Source of the DNA: a virus
Taxonomy: Duplodnaviria > Caudoviricetes
Virus record (IMG/VR): IMGVR_UViG_3300028792_000008
Span: 1-38,830 of that record
DNA length: 38,830 bases
Reading direction: 5' to 3' (one strand)
The notes under the pieces: generated by a model
Told to the model about the DNA's origin: nothing
Seen by the model: only the letters and a program-made list of their open reading frames with translations
Database searches by the model: none
Translations under genes and position numbers: made by a program
Part shown: positions 32,783 to 38,830 of the stretch, piece after piece
Layout: every line of letters begins with the position of its first letter
Position numbering within the stretch: the first letter of the stretch is position 1

Positions 32783-34363
32783 TCAGGGTGTGGGCGTTTC
32801 GAACTCGGCACGCATCAGGCGTTCGAGCTCGCGCAGATCGCTGACGACCTGTTCTTTCTGTTCGCGTTGCTGCAATTCTCCGCGCATCGCTTCCAACGCC
32901 GATTTCGTTTCGAGGTCGGCCTGTCGCAGGCGTTCGGCAAGGCTGGCGATGACCTCGTGCACCGGGTTGAGGTCGACCGCAGGCGTCGCCTTGATGGTGT
33001 CGATCAGGTCTTGAATCGCCTTCGTCGGGTCCGGTCCGACCGGCGGCACGGGCGCGGGGGTCGGTGCCGCGGCGGGTGTCTTGCCGAACGGGTCCGCGCT
33101 CGAATCACGTTTGGCCAGGGCTGCGAGCGAGTAGTTCTGCTGCTGCAGGTAGGGCGTGTCGCCACCAGGTGTGGGGGGCAACCCAAGCTGTGCACGTGCC
33201 TCATCGATCTTGCGGATGCCCGCGCCGACCTGAACCTTCAGGTTCTCGGTCTGCGTGGTCGAATCCATCTTCAGCAGGTCATCGAGATCGAACTCGACAC
33301 CGTAGCTGTGGCCCGGAACGTCCACGAGGCCGAGGCCTTCGTCGAGTAGTGCCTCGATCGATTCCATCAGCGCCTGTAGGCAGTCGCTGTAGTAAATTTG
33401 GTTCAGGTCTTCGACCTTTTGCCCGGCCGGGATCGCGCCGATGCCGATTTTGAAGGGCGGTACGTGAAAGGTCGAACAGACCATTTCGGCCGAGAGCTTC
33501 AGCTGTTCGACCAGCTGCGCGTCAATGGCGTTCACGGTCATGGCTTCGTACTTCAGGCCGTCGCCCAACACGGCCACACGGCCGATCTTGTCGCCGGTAA
33601 AATTCTTTTCCCAATTCTCTTTGAGGCGCCCGGCGGTCTCGTCGCTGATCTGGCCTGGCGCGGTCAGCACACCGCTCGGCCGCGACATGTTTGTGAAGAA
33701 CTTCGCCGAATTCTGCTGAATCTTCAGACCCTGCGTGGCCGCGAGCCCGCACGCGTGGATCGGGGAAATCCCGACGAGCGGGTGATACAAGCAGACCATC
33801 GTGTCGTGGATGATCTCGCTCGCCGGCACCGCGGGCAGCGAGTCAGGCACCTGCGCGAGATTGTCCTGTTGCAGACGATAGTAGACGTCGCCGCTCTCGG
33901 AAACGAGAGGCTCGACCCGGCACGGATCGAGCACGTACAGCGCAATCACAACGCCCCGGGCGTCACGTTCCTTCAGCACGTAGGTATTGCCGTTCGTGAG
34001 CTTGGACACGAGCCATTGCTCGATGAACTTCTGCCGCGTTTGGTAACGATTCGGCTTACGCAGCACCGGCGAAAACGCCGGGCTCTTGACCTCCTGCCGC
34101 ACATCGTCGACCTCGTCGACCAGGTCGAGGCACAACTTGCCCACGTCGCTCGCGATGAGCGTGATGCAGGCGAAGACGGCCCAATTCCCGAGTACGGCGC
34201 CGCGGTCGACCTCTATGTCTCGTTGCCAGTCTCCGAGCATGCGGTCGCTGTCGAACAGCGTGAACCACCGGCCGCCCTGCCCGCTGACGCCCGATAGGGT
34301 GCTCGGCGCCGCCTTTGTGACGGCTCCGGCAACCTTGCGGAGAAAGGTACGGAAGCGGCTCAT
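32783..34363 (-). CDS. Portal protein, HK97 family
   Basis: AVFACITLIASDV, KPN.YQT, GNTYVLK, EIIH, GISPI, FF.N..RPSGVL, FHVPP, EARA.LGLPP.PGGD. Confidence 0.95.
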   Translation of the reverse strand: MSRFRTFLRKVAGAVTKAAPSTLSGVSGQGGRWFTLFDSDRMLGDWQRDIEVDRGAVLGNWAVFACITLIASDVGKLCLDLVDEVDDVRQEVKSPAFSPVLRKPNRYQTRQKFIEQWLVSKLTNGNTYVLKERDARGVVIALYVLDPCRVEPLVSESGDVYYRLQQDNLAQVPDSLPAVPASEIIHDTMVCLYHPLVGISPIHACGLAATQGLKIQQNSAKFFTNMSRPSGVLTAPGQISDETAGRLKENWEKNFTGDKIGRVAVLGDGLKYEAMTVNAIDAQLVEQLKLSAEMVCSTFHVPPFKIGIGAIPAGQKVEDLNQIYYSDCLQALMESIEALLDEGLGLVDVPGHSYGVEFDLDDLLKMDSTTQTENLKVQVGAGIRKIDEARAQLGLPPTPGGDTPYLQQQNYSLAALAKRDSSADPFGKTPAAAPTPAPVPPVGPDPTKAIQDLIDTIKATPAVDLNPVHEVIASLAERLRQADLETKSALEAMRGELQQREQKEQVVSDLRELERLMRAEFETPTP

Positions 34364-34689
34364 TCCGCTTCGTCAGGCGAGGTGCCGGGCGAGGTGTAGA
34401 CCGGGGCTTGCGGCGCCGGAGCGGCCACAAGGTCACGGCGTGCGTAGGTGCCACCAAACGCAGTGCGCTCATCCTTGCGGGGGCGGCCAGGGCCGCGCTT
34501 GAAAGGGGCCGCCGGGACGGTTACGGCCTCCGCAGCGACCGCACGAGGCATGGGTGCGGGGGTAGCCGTCGAAACCCAGCCCAACGCCTTGTAGAGCCGC
34601 AAATGTTCGTCGCGAATTTGGTAGGTGTCGCCGGCTGCGTACTGCGTCGAGCCGTACCGGTGAGCCTTCGTGGCGGTGACTTGAGGCAT
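34360..34689 (-). CDS. Small head-region protein with AT-hook motif
   Basis: GGAG RBS, ATG at 34689; KRGPGRPRK. Confidence 0.7.
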   Translation of the reverse strand: MPQVTATKAHRYGSTQYAAGDTYQIRDEHLRLYKALGWVSTATPAPMPRAVAAEAVTVPAAPFKRGPGRPRKDERTAFGGTYARRDLVAAPAPQAPVYTSPGTSPDEAE

Positions 34690-34708
34690 TTCGAGTTCTC
34701 CTGCCTTG

Positions 34709-34741
34709 AAAAAATCCCCGAGAGCCGAAGCCCCCGGGGAT
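34709..34741 (-). terminator. Intrinsic terminator after the major capsid gene
   Basis: AUCCCCGGGGGC-UUCG-GCUCUCGGGGAU hairpin (cUUCGg loop) followed by a U-run. Confidence 0.9.
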
Positions 34742-34759
34742 GGACCCTCGATCAACCGA

Positions 34760-36682
34760 TCAGCTCACCACGCCGCCGTACTCGGCGTTGGACAGCACGG
34801 CCACGGCGGAGGTGCGACGCTTCTGGAAGTTGATGCGACGCACCACCTTGAAGCCGATCGATTCCTCTTGCCACAGCGACACCATCGTGGCCGAGGCCGC
34901 GGTCGGCGTGTCCGTCGCACCTTGCGGGGCGTCGTTCTGTTCGACCATGGCGCTGTCGGACATCGACAGTTGAACGCCGCTGTCGCCGATCTTCCAGATG
35001 TCGGACGGCTTCAGCAGAATCCAGTCGCCCGGCGTGACGTTATCGCCGGTGTAGACCGTGTCGCCAAGCAGCGTGCCGCCGTTCGCGTTCAGGCCCACGA
35101 ATTCCGGCTGGCCGAGCGCGTTCACGAGCAGCGCGAGGGCCTTCGCCATCGACGGAGTCATGATCTGCACCAGACCCGACGCGTTCTTCGCGGTCAGGAA
35201 CGACGCGTACAGCGACATCATGTCGGCCCGCACGGCGGCCGCGTCGGCGCCCGAAGGCGCCAGCGCAGACACACCGTTCAGAATACCGGCCGGCGAGACA
35301 CCTGCGCTCGCAGCTGCAGCCGACAGGAACGTGGTGTCCACGCGCTGACCGCTTGCCTGCGCGATGCTGTCGCGAATCCACAACTCCGCCGACGGGTCCG
35401 AGTCCGTGACCAGCTCTTTCGAGCAGACCGCGATGGCGCCGACCTTCAGGGGCGTGAGTTCAACATCCGAGAAGTCGGGCTTGCTGACCGGGATCGCCTT
35501 CGACTCACCGACCCAGTAGCCGGTCGCCGCACCGTCCTGACCCTTGATGTGCACGCGCGCCGGGACGGCACGCAGCGGCAGGCGGTCAAACACCGTCATG
35601 CTGTAGAGAAACTCGACGAAGTCACCGTTGTAACGGGTGTCCGACTGCGCGAGCTCGGCGCCCCACTCGCCCGACCCCGTGCCGCCACCGGCCACAGCAG
35701 CCTTGATGTAACGAACGAGGTTCGGGTGAGTCTTGCCCCAACGGGACGCGGCCCAATCGCCGGCGTTGAGGAAATTGCCCTCTTTCATGGCGATGAACGC
35801 CGCGGCTTTGGCGATCGCCAGGCGGGTGAGGGACTGACCCTTGAACTTGTCGTCCGGGTCCTGCATCTTCACGAAGCTGAGGCCGCCGCGGCTGCGCGAG
35901 GCGCCTTCGGCACTGCCGCCGTCGATCGGGCGCGCGTTCGCCGCTTTGCGCTCATGCATGCGGGCCATGAGGATGTCGTCGTCCAGCTGGTCGACATCGG
36001 CCTGCAGGGTCTGCAGTTCGGCGCGTTCTTCAGCGGTGCGGCTGTAGTCCTTCTGTTCCCATTGCGTGGTGATTTCCTCGATGCGCGCGGTCTTCGTCGC
36101 GAGCAGTTCGAGCAGTTCCTTCAGGGTTTTCATTTCGGTGCCTTTCTGGCGTGGTTGGTTCCCTGAAACGCCAGGGCGGGAGGAGCCAAACGCGGCTCGC
36201 ATGAATCGATCGTCGATCGACTTGATCGCCGTGATCGAGGCATCTTGGTTCGCGGGGATGGTCACGGCCGACAGCTCGAGCCATTCCCACTTCAGAAACT
36301 TCAGGCCGTAGGTGCCATCGATGCGGGCCGACTCGATCGAGTTGAACCCGATCGACAAGCCGCGCACGAGTTTCGACTTCAGCATCTGCCAGGCTTCGGT
36401 CAGGCGGTCAGCGAGCGGGCCGGCATCGGCCACAGTGGCGACCTCGCCCTCGATCTCGATGCCCTTGTCCGTGACCTTGGCGCCCGTCACCCAGCCGATG
36501 GGCTGGCGACTGTCGTGCTGCCACAGGAGGGGGATCGGCAGCTTGAACTGCGCGCCCTTGGGCTCGACTTGATCGCCCATCCGGTCGGTGGACGGCGTTG
36601 AGGCGATCCCGGTAAAGGTCCGCTTGCCTCCGGCATCCCCGGCGGTCGCTTTGATCTCGAGGACGGAGTAAGCGCGATTCAT
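34760..36682 (-). CDS. Prohead protease-major capsid protein fusion (HK97 fold)
   Basis: Protease: DRMGD.V, LLWQHD...IG, GLSIGF, ELSAVTIPAN. Capsid: WVGESKAIPVSK..F..V.L.P.K, D..FL, P.GILNG; ATG at 36682. Confidence 0.93.
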   Translation of the reverse strand: MNRAYSVLEIKATAGDAGGKRTFTGIASTPSTDRMGDQVEPKGAQFKLPIPLLWQHDSRQPIGWVTGAKVTDKGIEIEGEVATVADAGPLADRLTEAWQMLKSKLVRGLSIGFNSIESARIDGTYGLKFLKWEWLELSAVTIPANQDASITAIKSIDDRFMRAAFGSSRPGVSGNQPRQKGTEMKTLKELLELLATKTARIEEITTQWEQKDYSRTAEERAELQTLQADVDQLDDDILMARMHERKAANARPIDGGSAEGASRSRGGLSFVKMQDPDDKFKGQSLTRLAIAKAAAFIAMKEGNFLNAGDWAASRWGKTHPNLVRYIKAAVAGGGTGSGEWGAELAQSDTRYNGDFVEFLYSMTVFDRLPLRAVPARVHIKGQDGAATGYWVGESKAIPVSKPDFSDVELTPLKVGAIAVCSKELVTDSDPSAELWIRDSIAQASGQRVDTTFLSAAAASAGVSPAGILNGVSALAPSGADAAAVRADMMSLYASFLTAKNASGLVQIMTPSMAKALALLVNALGQPEFVGLNANGGTLLGDTVYTGDNVTPGDWILLKPSDIWKIGDSGVQLSMSDSAMVEQNDAPQGATDTPTAASATMVSLWQEESIGFKVVRRINFQKRRTSAVAVLSNAEYGGVVS

Positions 36683-36695
36683 CGTTGATATCCCC

Positions 36696-38405
36696 TCACA
36701 CAAAAAGCATCTGGTATTTCTTCTCGGGCTCCGGGGTTTTCAACAGCGGAACTCCGATGGACATGAGCAGGGCGCAAAAATCGTCAATCTTCTCAGTCGC
36801 CCGTTTCTTGTCAGGCGCCGTATTCAGATTCGAATCCTGCCGGGCAATGACGTTCGAAGCGTTCCAATTGAGCACCGGGTCGTTGCCGTGGGCGAATTTT
36901 CCTGAGAGGTATGCTACCTCAAGTGCCTGCATGGCGGGGTGATAACTCCGCGGCCCTTGAATAAATTGCTCCATCGTCACGCTTCGGGTGCGGCAGTTTT
37001 GAACGAGCTGCGAGGCGTTCCACGCATCGTAGCCCACGCTGACGAGATTGAACTCCTCGTTTGCACGAACGATCTGATCCTCGATCGGCTTGTAATCGAT
37101 GACCTCGTGGCCGCTCTCGATCAAGAACCCCCGACCCACCCACCCCGAGTAGGGGATGAGACCGCGGGTCGTGCGACGCCGCACGGCTGCCGCCGGGACC
37201 CAGCGCCATCCGTGCGTGTACAGGAACCCGTTCACGTTCCACGTGAGGCGGAAGGAGGCCAGGTCGGTGGTGCTCGAAAGGTCGAGGCCGCCGTGACAGG
37301 GGAATTTCCGCAGGTATTCGAGGTCGACCACGCCACGGCACTCGCGCCACTTCGTGATGTTGACCCAGCCTTTCGCCACGCTCGACGGTCGATTCAGCCG
37401 CTTGATCTTGAATTCCGAGTGCGTGCCGGGCTTGTCACGGGCCTCGAGCGCTAGTTTCTGAATCTCCGCCAGTAGCAGCGGGTTTACCGCCATCAGGGGG
37501 TTAGCTTTGCGCCACGCGTTCTCATCGAAATCGTCGTCCTCCTCCGTGCCGAGGTCGTCGTCCTTCTCGTCGACCGCGTAGTACAGCGCGAGGTAGTGGT
37601 CCGCTTCGATCAGCCCGCGCAAGACCTTTTTCGCGAATTCGCGTTCTTCCTCCCACGGGCCGGCATTGGCATAGCCTTCCGTCGTCAGGTATAGGAACAG
37701 CGGATTGCGCCGCGCGCCAGCCGCCGACTTCAGCACGTTGAGCAGGTCGTGGTTTTTGTGCGCGTGAATCTCATCAAGGATCGTGCACGAGGGATTCAAG
37801 CCGTCTTGCGTACTCGCCTTCGCGTTGATCGGCTTGAAACTGCCGGCGTTATCAAACGACGCGATCGCGTTCGCGAAGGCCTGCAGATTGAATTCCTCGC
37901 GGAGTTCTTCGGTTTTGTCGACCATGGCCTTAGCCACACGAAACACAATTCGCGCTTGTGATCCTGTGGTTGCCGCGGTGATTACCTGCGGGCCGTTTTC
38001 GCCTTCGCAGGTTTGGCAATACAAACCGATGATCGAGGCGAGCGTCGATTTAGCGTTCTTCCGGGCAATTGCGAATAGCGCCGTCGTAAATCTCCGCGTC
38101 CCGTCGTGCTTCCGAAACCCGAACAGGTTAACTAGAAAAAACACGTGAGATTCATGCAGGACGATTTCTGGGGTATCCCATGTACCCTCGACGTGCGGGA
38201 GTTTCTCCGCGAAGTCACACACATCGTTCGCGTGCCACTCGTCAAAAACAAACGGCGCGTTCGGCCGCACGAGGTCATCGAGGAACCGCTGCGCGGCCAG
38301 CCGCACCCACACCCCGAAGTCCCGTTTGTTCTTTGGGTCGGCCGCACGCTCCGCGTAGTCGCGGGCGATCACAACATAATCACGCCCGTTTGCCATTGCT
38401 GCCAA
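36696..38405 (-). CDS. terL: Terminase large subunit
   Basis: GFR....RRF, Walker A ARKNAKST, QARIVF, Walker B ILDEIH, TTEG, WRKANP, GGLDLS.TTDL, YDAWNA, EKIDD. Confidence 0.95.
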   Translation of the reverse strand: MAAMANGRDYVVIARDYAERAADPKNKRDFGVWVRLAAQRFLDDLVRPNAPFVFDEWHANDVCDFAEKLPHVEGTWDTPEIVLHESHVFFLVNLFGFRKHDGTRRFTTALFAIARKNAKSTLASIIGLYCQTCEGENGPQVITAATTGSQARIVFRVAKAMVDKTEELREEFNLQAFANAIASFDNAGSFKPINAKASTQDGLNPSCTILDEIHAHKNHDLLNVLKSAAGARRNPLFLYLTTEGYANAGPWEEEREFAKKVLRGLIEADHYLALYYAVDEKDDDLGTEEDDDFDENAWRKANPLMAVNPLLLAEIQKLALEARDKPGTHSEFKIKRLNRPSSVAKGWVNITKWRECRGVVDLEYLRKFPCHGGLDLSSTTDLASFRLTWNVNGFLYTHGWRWVPAAAVRRRTTRGLIPYSGWVGRGFLIESGHEVIDYKPIEDQIVRANEEFNLVSVGYDAWNASQLVQNCRTRSVTMEQFIQGPRSYHPAMQALEVAYLSGKFAHGNDPVLNWNASNVIARQDSNLNTAPDKKRATEKIDDFCALLMSIGVPLLKTPEPEKKYQMLFV

Positions 38406-38790
38406 ATTTGCTTTGCGGATTCTTGGGGGTATCTGGATTTCGAATCTTGCTGCGCGAAAGGGGCGTCATTCCAAAGTCCGCCCACAACCCCCGCAATTGG
38501 GCAATGCTCGAAGCATCGAGTTTACCCCCCTCCAACGAGGCGCATATATAAGATGCATACAGGTCGCACATGGTCGCCACCGCCGGGATATCCCCCTCTG
38601 ACATTAGTTTGAGCCGGACGAGAAAGGGGGTTATCCGTATCCACTCCTCGACTGCCAAATAGTTGTTCAGCCAGGGCGGTACCGGAGGCGCCACAGTAAG
38701 CGGCTCCCACTTCACCGGGTCGGCATCAGTACGGCACGGTTGCACCGTTCCAGATATGACTTTCAGATTATGCGGCGTTCGGGCGGTCAT
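38380..38790 (-). CDS. terS: Terminase small subunit (P27-like)
   Basis: TP..LK..SGT, PP.WL...A.EEW.RI, FGMTPLSRSKI; overlaps terL. Confidence 0.85.
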   Translation of the reverse strand: MTARTPHNLKVISGTVQPCRTDADPVKWEPLTVAPPVPPWLNNYLAVEEWIRITPFLVRLKLMSEGDIPAVATMCDLYASYICASLEGGKLDASSIAQLRGLWADFGMTPLSRSKIRNPDTPKNPQSKFGSNGKRA

Positions 38791-38830
38791 ATTCTTGCCT
38801 TCATAATTACTGCATGTGTGAAAAAACGAC

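Overview
The whole window is the genome of a GC-rich tailed dsDNA phage or prophage (siphovirus; HK97-type head, lambda-like tail tip), probably of a proteobacterial host. No host genes, integrase or primase are visible in the window. Minus strand, from the right end: terS, terL, protease-major capsid fusion, AT-hook protein, portal, collagen-repeat protein, neck genes, a 7-gene glycosyltransferase/methyltransferase island, tail genes with a -1 frameshift chaperone pair and an antisense GIY-YIG endonuclease, tail tip and a membrane-protein-rich lysis cassette. Plus strand 6.3-12.8 kb: replication module (Cas4-like exonuclease, SSB, HD nucleotidase, family A DNA polymerase). Minus strand left arm: SF2 helicase, VRR-NUC, HNH, two displaced tail-fibre/LamG genes and small ORFs. 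Main unusual observations: (1) a palindromic operator-promoter TTGACGGNNCCGTCA with 17-bp spacing to a -10-like hexamer recurs six times; (2) one such promoter-plus-small-gene cassette splits the DNA polymerase into two apparently intact genes; (3) the neck-embedded glycan-building island includes a sialyltransferase-like enzyme and carries its own promoter copy followed by a ~130-nt structured RNA candidate; (4) the tape measure gene appears to start at ATA, overlapping an antisense extended -10 box; (5) the capsid has a nested internal start. Product calls come from motif recognition by eye, not database searches.
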